Position numbers and translations under genes: made by a program. DNA of 64,000 nucleotides from an uncultured Gemmatimonadaceae bacterium (GTDB lineage: Bacteria; Gemmatimonadota; Gemmatimonadetes; Gemmatimonadales; Gemmatimonadaceae), in the NCBI GenBank assembly GCA_963843845.1, contig CAWJMB010000002.1, forward strand, positions 2,944,001 to 3,008,000, given 5' to 3'. Each line of letters begins with the position of its first letter. The first letter of the stretch is position 1. Positions 1 through 8,492 of this stretch are shown one piece after another. The notes beneath the pieces are model-generated. The model was given only the letters and a program-made list of their open reading frames with translations. It was not told the DNA's origin and ran no database searches.

Positions 1-80
1 AGATGACGTGAACGACAGTGCTGCCTAACGCACGGCGCACGACCACGTCGACCTCGACGATTTCGTGATCGGCGCGGCCG

Positions 81-362
81 ATGGCCCGAGGCTGGCACTT
101 GTGCCTGCGCATGCAGCAGAAGCCGCAGCACACCATGCTCGACGACCGCGGGAACCTCGTTCGCGTCGTGCGCGACGAGCGGACGGGACACGAATGGCGC
201 GTCCGCGCCACCGACTGCCAGGGCGTCCCCGGCGCGCGCAGCGCGACCTGTCTGATCTTCGACGGCGGAACGATCGTGCGCCGCGTCTGGGCGCCTCCCG
301 ACGACTGGACGAGCTGTTCCGACGCCGCGCTGCTCGCCCTCCTGGCGGGCCGAGACGATTAA
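81..362 (+). CDS. small hypothetical protein (start may be ATG 111)
   Basis: Compact ORF with GC3-rich codons and globular-looking sequence (WRV..., CLIFD, RRVW..P.DW). Confidence 0.65.
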   Translation: MARGWHLCLRMQQKPQHTMLDDRGNLVRVVRDERTGHEWRVRATDCQGVPGARSATCLIFDGGTIVRRVWAPPDDWTSCSDAALLALLAGRDD

Positions 363-371
363 CTTTCGCCC

Positions 372-1162
372 GTGACCGACTCGACGCCGCCGCGCCCCTC
401 GCCCCGCATCCTCGCCGTCGACGTCGGCGGCTCGAACGTGAAGGCGCTCGCGTCCGACCAGGCGACGCCCGTGCGCCACCCGTCGGGCCCCGAGTTCACG
501 CCGGACCAGATGGTCGCGACGGTACGCGAGATGACGAGCGACTGGTCGTACGACGTCGTCTCGATCGGCTTTCCCGGCCCCATCGCCGACGGCCGCGTCG
601 TCGCCGAGCCGGTGAACCTCGGTCCGGGATGGGTCGGCTTCGACTTCGAAGCCGCGTTCGGATGCCCGGTCCGCATCATCAACGACGCGGCGATGCAGGC
701 GCTCGGGGGCTACGGCGGCGGGCGCATGCTCTTCCTCGGACTCGGCACGGGACTCGGCTCGGCGCTCGTGGTCGAAGGGCACCTTCAACCGCTCGAGCTC
801 GCGCACCTTCCGTACACGCGCTCACGCACGTTCGAGGGGATGATCGGCGAACGCGAGCGCAAGAACGTCGGCAACCGCCGGTGGCGCCGCCGAGTCTACG
901 ACATCGTCGAGCGGCTGATGCACGCGATGCAGACGCCGAACCTGCTGCTGGGCGGCGGCAACGCGCGCCACCTCCGCAAGCACCTCGACAAGCTCCCGCC
1001 GACGACGCGACTCGGCTCGAACGCCGACGCGTTCCGCGGGGCGTTCCGGCTCTGGGCACCGCCCGAAGAGCGCGGCCACCAGGACCCGTCGCCCACCGCG
1101 CAGCAGCGGCAGGCCGTCACGTCGGCGCAGAACGTCGCAGCGAGAGAGCCCGTCGAGCCTAG
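372..1162 (+). CDS. ppgK: ROK family sugar kinase / polyphosphate glucokinase-like; 3' end reconstructed
   Basis: Motifs ILAVDVGGSNVK, SIGFPGP, INDAAMQA, LGLGTGLGSA, LELAH, LGGGN. As given the ORF runs to 1595 over the opposing gene; a probable indel hides the stop, and a TAG lies at 1160-1162 in another frame. Confidence 0.75.
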
Positions 1163-2181
1163 GGTGGAAGGAGCGCCACCCCCGGCTGACGTGCGCGTGA
1201 AACGTGTCGGCGTCGACGTTGCTGCCGCAGACGATGACGCCGACGCGCTTCCCGGCGAGCCGCGCGCGGAGCGGACCGCCCAACGCCGCGGTCGCCGCGG
1301 CCGCGGCCGGCTCGGGGGCGAGCTTCACGTCCGAGAAGAGCAGCGCCATCGCGGCACGAATCGCGTCGTCGCTCACGAGCACGACGTCGTCGACGTAGCG
1401 CTGCACGAGCGAGAACGTGTACGGCGCCGCGTGCGGCGCGCCGAGGCTGTCGGCGATCGTGCTCACACGATCGATCGCGACGGGCTCGCCCGCCGCGCAG
1501 ACTTCGCGTCATCGAGTCCGCGCCCTCGGGCTCGACACCGTACACGGCACACGCGGGATCGAGCTGCTTCACGGCCGCGGCGATCCCGGCGATGAGCCCC
1601 CCGCCACCGATCGGGACGACGACCGCGTCGAGCGGCATGCCCTCGCCCCGCGCCTGTGCCCACCACTCGGCGCCCAGCGTCGCGGTGCCCAGCGCGGTGC
1701 GCGCACCCTCGAACGGGTGCACGAACGTCCGCCCCTCCGCCGACTCGATCTCGCGCACCGCCGCGAACGCCGCGTGCACATCGTCCGCGAGCACGACCTC
1801 GGCGCCTAACGCCTCGCAGCGCGCGACGCGCACGGGACTCGCCGTCCGCGTCATGACGACCTTCGCCGTCGTGCCGACGACACGCGCCGCGTATGCGACC
1901 GCGATCGCGTGATTCCCGGCGCTCACCGCCGTGACGCCGCGCGCCACCGCGTCCGGCGTGAGGTCGAGCATGTTCGCGAGCGCGCCGCGCGCCTTGAAGC
2001 TGCCGCCGTGCTGCAGCAGCTCGAGCTTCAGCACGACCTGCGTGTCGCCGCCGAACGTCGCGCGCGCGGCGTCCGACTCCCATCGCCAGATCGGGGTCCG
2101 CCGCACGAGCGGCGCGAGACGGCGCTCGAGGTCGTGGATGTCGTCGACCGTCGGCGCGTCGGCCGGGTGTGGCGCGGTCAC
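1159..2181 (-). CDS. PLP-dependent threonine/serine dehydratase family protein (frame breaks near 1500 and 1180)
   Basis: Motifs KLELLQHGGSFKARGA, SAGNHA, HPF, VPIGGGGL, then TIADSL...EPA..VCGSNVD in the next frame. GTG start overlaps the upstream TGA. Confidence 0.85.
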   Translation of the reverse strand: MTAPHPADAPTVDDIHDLERRLAPLVRRTPIWRWESDAARATFGGDTQVVLKLELLQHGGSFKARGALANMLDLTPDAVARGVTAVSAGNHAIAVAYAARVVGTTAKVVMTRTASPVRVARCEALGAEVVLADDVHAAFAAVREIESAEGRTFVHPFEGARTALGTATLGAEWWAQARGEGMPLDAVVVPIGGGGLIAGIAAAVKQLDPACAVYGVEPEGADSMTRSLRGGRARRDRSCEHDRRQPRRAARGAVHVLARAALRRRRRARERRRDSCRDGAALLGREARPRAGRGRGDRGVGRSAPRAARREARRRHRLRQQRRRRHVSRARQPGVALLPP

Positions 2182-2528
2182 GGGTGCGCTCCGAGCGTCC
2201 GCCGCCCGTCGCGCAGCGCGGCGCCGTCTGCGACGGTCGCGTGGGAATCCGGCGCCACCGCCTGCCGGTACGACGTCGGCGCGCTCGCCGAGCCTTCCGC
2301 GGCGCACTGCACGTCGACCGGCCCCGCGATCGCGCCCTCGACGACATCGGAGCCGGCGAGGTAGCCGGCGCTCCGCACGTTCGCTCCCTCGTCGTGCGGC
2401 AGTGTCCGCGGCGTGCCGATGGTGAGGCGGTCGCCGCGCCACGACAGGTCGGCCGGCCACAGCTCCGTCGGCGTCCGCCCGCTCGTCGCGGCCGGCGCGA
2501 CGAGCGACGTCAAGAGAAGTTTTCCCAT
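2178..2528 (-). CDS. hypothetical protein
   Basis: 116-aa ORF whose TGA overlaps the dehydratase GTG start (GTGA). Confidence 0.5.
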   Translation of the reverse strand: MGKLLLTSLVAPAATSGRTPTELWPADLSWRGDRLTIGTPRTLPHDEGANVRSAGYLAGSDVVEGAIAGPVDVQCAAEGSASAPTSYRQAVAPDSHATVADGAALRDGRRTLGAHP

Positions 2529-2542
2529 CGGATTGAAAGGGG

Positions 2543-2668
2543 CACGATGCTCGGAATGCGCTGACGCCTGAAGTTAGCCGGAGCACCGTCCCTCTCTCGG
2601 AGAAGGGGCACTCCTGGCAGGGCCTTACGCATTGCGTCAGCGATTCTTGCGAGTTATGACGCACCGCG
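2543..2668. other. candidate structured RNA / long imperfect inverted repeat
   Basis: GAATGCGCTGACGC (2554-2567) pairs with GCGTCAGCGATTC (2634-2646), with nested stems inside. No known family recognised. Confidence 0.4.
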
Positions 2669-2681
2669 TTATGGTCCATCC

Positions 2682-3227
2682 ATGCCCCGCGTCATCAAGC
2701 GCTACCCGAACCGCAAGCTCTACGACGCCGACGCGCGGGCGTACGTCTCGCTCGAGGAGATCGCGGCGCTCGTTCGGGACGGGGAGACGGTGCAGGTGCT
2801 CGACCACGCGACCGGCGACGACATCACCGCCCAGACGCTGACACAGGTCATCCTCGACGAGGGCAGGCGCGGCACGAGCCTGCTTCCCACCGACCTGCTG
2901 CACGGCCTCCTGCGCCGCGGCGAGCAGGCCGTCGAGCAGGTCGTCGACTCGGGGCTGTCGAGCATCGGCGCCGTGCGGCAGCGTGTCGACGGCCTCGTCA
3001 GCGGCTCGCTCGATCGCATGACGCGCGCGCTGCCGGCCGCGCGCCACGACGAGCTCGAGCAGCTGCGCGGCCAGCTCGCGTCGCTCGAGCGGACGCTCGG
3101 CACCCTGCTCCGGGACGACCCCGCACCGACCACGGAGCCCGCGGCGGCCTCGTCGCGGCGACCGCGCAAGCAGGCCGCGGCCACTCGCCCCCCTCCCGGC
3201 GCGATCCGCGGCTCGCGCACGAAGTAG
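2682..3227 (+). CDS. phaR: PHA/PHB accumulation regulator, PhaR-type DNA-binding domain
   Basis: N-terminus IKRYPNRKLYD..YVSLEEIAALVRDG..VQVLDHATGDDITAQTLTQVILDE, followed by a phasin-like helical C-terminus. Confidence 0.88.
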   Translation: MPRVIKRYPNRKLYDADARAYVSLEEIAALVRDGETVQVLDHATGDDITAQTLTQVILDEGRRGTSLLPTDLLHGLLRRGEQAVEQVVDSGLSSIGAVRQRVDGLVSGSLDRMTRALPAARHDELEQLRGQLASLERTLGTLLRDDPAPTTEPAAASSRRPRKQAAATRPPPGAIRGSRTK

Positions 3228-3299
3228 CCGACGCTCAGCGCAGCACCGCAGCGATCGCTCGACCTCACTCACCGAACACCGTTCTTCCAGGAGCGACGC

Positions 3300-3441
3300 G
3301 TGAACGCCCCATTCATCGGCACGATCGAAGTCCCGCGCCGTCGATGCCGCGCGCAGCCTCGCCGCCGAGCGTGCGCCGACCCACCTCGCAGTCTACACGA
3401 AGGACGGAGCGGTGCAGGACACGAGCGGCTATCACGCGTGA
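3300..3441 (+). pseudogene. DUF2188-like small ORF, frame-broken or truncated
   Basis: Frame reads K.RAVDAARSLAAERAPTHLAVYTKDGAVQDTSGYHA*. Removing one C from the CCCC run joins it to GTG 3300, which follows an AGGAG RBS. Confidence 0.45.
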
Positions 3442-3455
3442 GGGGGTGAGGCCGT

Positions 3456-4670
3456 ATGCCGCGACATGATGCGATCGGTCTCGCCCTCGCCGGCGGTGTC
3501 GTCGAGGGCGGGTTCTACGAAGTCGGCGTCCTCTGCGCGCTGGGCGAGGCGATCGAGGGGCTCGACCTCACCGCGTTGGGCGTCTACGTCGGCGTCAGCG
3601 CGGGCGCGGGGATCGCCGCGCTGCTGGCGAACGGCGTGTCGCCGCTCGCACTGAGCCGCGCGGTGCTGGAGCAGGCGGACGACCCGACGCTCGACCTGCA
3701 CCCCGACGGCGTGTTCACGCCCGCGTGGCGCGAGTACGCCGACCGGCTCGTCCGGCTCCCCGGCATCGCGGCCCGCACGGCGCGCCGCCTCGCCACGGGG
3801 GGCGCGCGCCGCTCGGCCTGGGGGCTGCTCACGGAGATGAGCCCCGCGATCCCGACCGCGCTGTTCGACGGGCGTGGCATCGAGCGCTACTTCGCGACGG
3901 CGTTAGGCGCGTGCGGCCGGACGAACGATTTCCGCGCGATGCCGACGCGACTGCGCATCGCCGCCGTGAAGCTCGACACGGCCGAACTCGTCGCGTTCGG
4001 CGCTCCCGGCCTCGATCACGTTCCGATCGCGCGTGCCGTCGCCGCGAGCATGGCGCTCCCCGGCGTCTTCTGCCCGGTCGAGATCGACGGCGAGCTGTAC
4101 ATCGACGGCGTCGCGCGCCGCACGATGAACGCGAGCCTCGGTCTCAAGCACGGTGCGCGCTTGATGTTGTGCGTGAACCCGATCGTTCCCGTGCGCATCG
4201 CCGGCGACGCGACCGAGCGTCGCTCGCTCACGACCTACGGCTTGCCGGGGGTGCTGTCGCAGACGTTGCGCACCGCGATCCACTCCCGCATGCACGCCGC
4301 CTTCGACGGCTACGCCCATTCGCATCCGGACGCCGATCTCGTGCTCATCGAGCCCGAGATGGAAGACGAGTCGCTCTTCTTCACGAACGTCTTCAGCTTC
4401 CGCAACCGCCGCGCGGTCACCGAGCACGCCTACGCCTCGACGCGGCGCTACCTGTTGCACGACTTCGATCGTCTCGCCCCGCTCCTCGCGCGGCACGGCC
4501 TCACGCTCCGGCGCGATCGGCTCGAAGCCGACCGCACGCTGTACCCGGCCGACCTCGTCGACGAGCGTCGCCCCAGCGCGATGCAGACCGCCGTGCGATC
4601 GGCCGGATCGGCGCTGGAGCGGCTCGAGCGCGCCGTGGCGCGCACCGGCAATCGTCGGCCGGCGGCGTGA
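3456..4670 (+). CDS. patatin-like phospholipase/esterase
   Basis: LALAGG oxyanion region, GVSAG nucleophile motif, ASMALPG, and YIDGV catalytic Asp. Confidence 0.9.
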   Translation: MPRHDAIGLALAGGVVEGGFYEVGVLCALGEAIEGLDLTALGVYVGVSAGAGIAALLANGVSPLALSRAVLEQADDPTLDLHPDGVFTPAWREYADRLVRLPGIAARTARRLATGGARRSAWGLLTEMSPAIPTALFDGRGIERYFATALGACGRTNDFRAMPTRLRIAAVKLDTAELVAFGAPGLDHVPIARAVAASMALPGVFCPVEIDGELYIDGVARRTMNASLGLKHGARLMLCVNPIVPVRIAGDATERRSLTTYGLPGVLSQTLRTAIHSRMHAAFDGYAHSHPDADLVLIEPEMEDESLFFTNVFSFRNRRAVTEHAYASTRRYLLHDFDRLAPLLARHGLTLRRDRLEADRTLYPADLVDERRPSAMQTAVRSAGSALERLERAVARTGNRRPAA

Positions 4671-4764
4671 CCGGGGCCCGGCTCGGCGGCTGTCACGGAG
4701 AGTGACGTCACGATGGTGACGTGACCAGTACCGCAGGCGAGAGCTCCGACGCGTCTCGAATCGG

Positions 4765-6493
4765 CTAGCCGCCGAACAGGTAGAGCAGCGCGCCGAACAG
4801 GAAGAGCCCGACCGACAGCGGCCACGGTCCGTGCTGCACGACGACGAGCGCCGCCGCGACGACGCAGGCGCCCGAGAGAATCGCTCCGCGCAATCCAGCC
4901 AGCGGGTTCGGCCGCGGCGTCCCGCTCGAGCGCCGCGTCCGCGACCCGGAATCCGTTCGACGCGAGCCGCGGCAACTGCATCAGCAGATCGAGCATCTCG
5001 GGCGCACTGCGGTACAGCTCGCGCATGATCGCCCGCGGATCGAATGTCTCGCGGAACACGCGCGTCACGTGTACCTGCGCCGCTCCCGCGACGTCGAGCT
5101 GCGGATCGAGCAGGCGACCGACCCCCTCGAACGTGACGAGCGCCTTCACCATCAGCGTCATCTCGACCGGGAAGGAGACGCGGTAGCGCGCGCCCAGCCC
5201 CACCGACTCGAGAATCAGTTGGCCGAGGCTGAAGTTTCCCGTGCGCGACTGCGCGACGAAGCGCCGCGACATGTCCGCCACCGCGCGACGGAACCCGTCC
5301 ATGTCGCCGCCCGGCCCCGTCGACGCGAGCGCCGCGAGCTGGTGCGTCGCGCCGTCGACGTCGCCGGTTACCAGGGCGTTGAAGTAGTGCAGCAGCCGCC
5401 GCCGCGTCCTCGGCTCGAACCGCCCCACCATGCCCAGGTCGATGAAGCCGAGCCGCACCTCGCCGCCCGGGGCGCGGAGGATCATGAGATTGCCGGCGTG
5501 CAGGTCGGCGTGGAAGAAGCCGTCCCGGTAGAGCATCCGCACGATCGCCTCGGCGCCCAGGTCGATGAGGCGCATGCGCTCCTCGCGCGGCAGCAGCGTC
5601 ACCTCTGGCGCGCTCGGCTTGAGACCGTCGAACAGCTCCATCGTGAGCACGGTCGACGAGCTGGCGCCGGGGTAGATCGTCGGGAACGCGATCCCCGGCG
5701 TGTCGGCGAAGTTCGCCGCGAACGTCTGCGCGTTCTCCGCCTCGTACGTGTAGTCGATCTCGCGGATCGTGTACGCACTGAACTCGCGAATCACCTGCCG
5801 CGGCTGGTAGCGCGGAATGACGCGCTCGAGCAGCCACCCGACGGCGCCTAACAGTTGCAGGTCGGCGCGAACGAGGCGCCGCACGCCCGGCTTGATGACC
5901 TTCACGACGACCGCCTCGCCGCTCAGCAGCCGCGCGCGGTGCGCCTGCGCGATCGACGCCGAGCCGATCGGCGGGTCCTCGACGCTCGCGAACACGTCGC
6001 CCATCGGCCTGCCGAGCCCCTGCTCGATGATCGCGCGCACGTCGGGGAACGGGATCGCCGGCAGCTGGTCGAACAGATTCTGCAGCTCCGCCGTGACGAC
6101 GCGCGGCAGGATGTCCTCGCGGACGGCGAGGATCTGCCCGAGCTTGATGTAGGTCGGCCCGAGGAGCTCGAGGCGCCGGCGGAGCTGCGCCGGATAGGGC
6201 AGCGCGATGATCTCGCGACTGAGGAACGGCCGGACGAGCGCCGCGCCGAGCCGCGCGCCTACCGACTGCACCCCGCGCCGCTGCTCGTCGGGGAGCGAGC
6301 GGACGTGGGCCACGAGCCCGCCGGCGAGCAGCCCGAGCACGTGGCGGTAGACGACGAAGAAGCGCCGCACGACGCCGCGGTAGGGCGCGAGCGGGTTGAG
6401 CGTGATCGTGGTGCGATGCGGCGGAGGGAGCGCGGGCGGAGGTGGCGGCACGGGCGCCGGAAGCACGACGATCTCCGGCGCCGACTCGCTCAC
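4765..6493 (-). CDS. ABC1/UbiB/AarF atypical kinase with C-terminal TM hairpin (frame break near 4930)
   Basis: Motifs LGPTYIKLGQ, ASIAQAHRA, VVKV, FFHADLHAGN, IDLGMVG. The hydrophobic tail ...FLFGALLYLFGG* is in another frame. GTG start overlaps the reductase TGA. Confidence 0.9.
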
Positions 6494-8034
6494 CGGTTGC
6501 GCCCGTACCGCTCGTGGCTCGACACCCAGTCCGACGACGAGATGGCCGACGCGAGCGACAGCTCCCCGGCGAGCACGACGCCCGCGACGATCTCCGCGAA
6601 CTTGTACACGCTGCCGCGCTCCGTGCAGCCGAGCACCGAGAGACACTCGCGCTGCGTCGCGAGCCCCACGCCGCCGCCGTGCGTCGCGACGATGAGCGAC
6701 GGGATCGTGATCGACATGTAGAGGTCGCGCTCCGGCGTCAGCTCCGCGAACGCGAGCCCGGCCGACGACTCCGAGACGTTCGCGACGTCCTGCCCCGTCG
6801 CGATGAACATCGCCGTGATCGCGTTCGCAGAGTGCAGGCCGTTGTTGTTCGCCCCCGACATGATCGAGCCGATGTTCGCGACGCCGTAGTGGTGGACGAG
6901 CGTCTCGGGCTCGACGCGCATCCGCTCGATGAGCACGTCGCGCGGCACCGTCACCTCGGCCGTCACGCGCTTGCCGCGCGTGCGCATGATGTTGACCTGC
7001 GACGCCTTCTTGTCGGTCGCGAAGTTCGACTCCAGATAGAACTTCGCGACCGGCTTCTCGTACCTGTCGAGGATCCAGCTGCACGCCGCGAACGTCGCGC
7101 GGCCGACCATGTTCTGTCCGGCCGCGTCGCCGGTCGTGAAGTTGAAGCGGAGGAAGGCGAACTTGTTCGACAGGTACGCGTCGATGTCCGTGAGCTTCGC
7201 GACGCGCGACGTGCCTTCCGCCTCGGCGCGGATCGTGTCGAGGTTCGCGTCGACCCAGCGCACGAAGTCGCGCGCCTCGCGGGCGTCGGTGAACACGAAC
7301 ACCGGCGCGCGCTGCATCGCGTCGCCCATGATCGTGCACTTCACGCCGCCCGACAGATTCACGAGCCGGATGCCGCGGTTGTACGATGCGACGAGCGTTC
7401 CCTCGGTCGTCGCGAGCGGGATGAGGAACTCGCCCTGCGCGTGCTCGCCGTCGATCTGCAACGGTCCCGCGAAGCCGAGCGGCACCTGCGCGACGCCGGT
7501 GAACAGCTCGCAGTTGCCGGCGGTCGTGTGCGGGTCGAACGAGTACCCCTTCACGTGGTCGAGCGTCGTCTTCGAGAACCGTTCGACGAACCGCTGCCGC
7601 TCGGCGATCGCGGCCGGGGCGTAGTCGTCGTCCCTGCTGCGCGGCATGCGCACGCGCCTGGTCTCGTCGTGCTGGATCGTGTCCTCGACGTCGAGCGTCA
7701 GCGTGCCGAACGGCCGGCTGTCGAACTCGATCTCGATCGCGTGCTTGCCGACCGGGAGTGTGGCGCCGCGTGCGTAGATGTCGAGCGTGTCGCGGAGCGC
7801 GAAGCCGATCGGCGTGCGCTCGGTGACGTCGGCCGGCGTCACCGTCTTCCCGCCCGGGATCTCGATGCGCACGCCGTCGAGCGGGACCGTCGTGCCCCCG
7901 ACCGTCACCCGCCGAACCCCCGTGAGCTGCGCGTCGCCCAGCCGGTTCTTGATCGAGAAGCGCACCCCGTCGCCGGTGTTCTTCAGGCTGCCGAGCGTGT
8001 AGAGCTGCTTGAGGAGCAGGCGGGGGACGAACAT
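6490..8034 (-). CDS. class I HMG-CoA reductase-like enzyme with about 120-aa extra N-terminal domain
   Basis: Motifs PLATTEGTLVAS, TGDAAGQNM, TDKK, GQDVANVSESS, GELSL, and C-terminal SH. Confidence 0.9.
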   Translation of the reverse strand: MFVPRLLLKQLYTLGSLKNTGDGVRFSIKNRLGDAQLTGVRRVTVGGTTVPLDGVRIEIPGGKTVTPADVTERTPIGFALRDTLDIYARGATLPVGKHAIEIEFDSRPFGTLTLDVEDTIQHDETRRVRMPRSRDDDYAPAAIAERQRFVERFSKTTLDHVKGYSFDPHTTAGNCELFTGVAQVPLGFAGPLQIDGEHAQGEFLIPLATTEGTLVASYNRGIRLVNLSGGVKCTIMGDAMQRAPVFVFTDAREARDFVRWVDANLDTIRAEAEGTSRVAKLTDIDAYLSNKFAFLRFNFTTGDAAGQNMVGRATFAACSWILDRYEKPVAKFYLESNFATDKKASQVNIMRTRGKRVTAEVTVPRDVLIERMRVEPETLVHHYGVANIGSIMSGANNNGLHSANAITAMFIATGQDVANVSESSAGLAFAELTPERDLYMSITIPSLIVATHGGGVGLATQRECLSVLGCTERGSVYKFAEIVAGVVLAGELSLASAISSSDWVSSHERYGRNR

Positions 8035-8070
8035 GCGGAAGGCGGTGAGAAGTGGGGCGCGCGACGAACG

Positions 8071-8443
8071 TCAGACCGCGACACCGTCCTCGACGTCGAG
8101 CGTCAACGTCCCGAACGGCTGCGACTCGAACTCGATCTCGATCGCGTGCGCGCCCGCGCCGAGGGGCGGCCGCCCACGCACCTGGATGTCGAACGTGTCG
8201 CCGAGGTCGAACGTCAGCGGCATCGAGGCGGAGACCTCGTGCGGTGTGACCGACCGGCCATCGGCCGTCGTCGAGCGACATCTGCTCGGGGGCGATCTCG
8301 ACCCCGTCGACCGCGAGCCGCCGCACGCCCACGAGCGTCGCGTCGAGCAGTCGGTTCTTCAGCTCGAAGTGGAAGCCGTCCGCGGTGTTCGCGAGGCTGC
8401 CGGTCGTGTAGAGCGACTTGAGAATGCCTTTCGGGACGAACAT
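8071..8443 (-). CDS. stand-alone paralogue of the reductase N-terminal domain (one frame break near 8265)
   Basis: MFVPKGILKSLYTTGSLANT..KNRL and HAIEIEFESQPFGTLTLDVED closely match the reductase N-terminus. Confidence 0.8.
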
Positions 8444-8492
8444 GGAGCGTGCGGTTGAAGGGGCGTCATCTGCCGTCGACCGGAACACTAAC

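Noticed and set aside
372..1595. Long antiparallel overlap of the ROK kinase and the dehydratase
   Set aside because: Both genes have stops in the shared CTAG at 1159-1162 in neighbouring frames; indels explain the run-through.
3228..3260. Possible PhaR operator (GCAGCACCGCAGC)
   Set aside because: Only a loose TGC/GCA-rich match in very GC-rich DNA; not distinguishable from background by eye.
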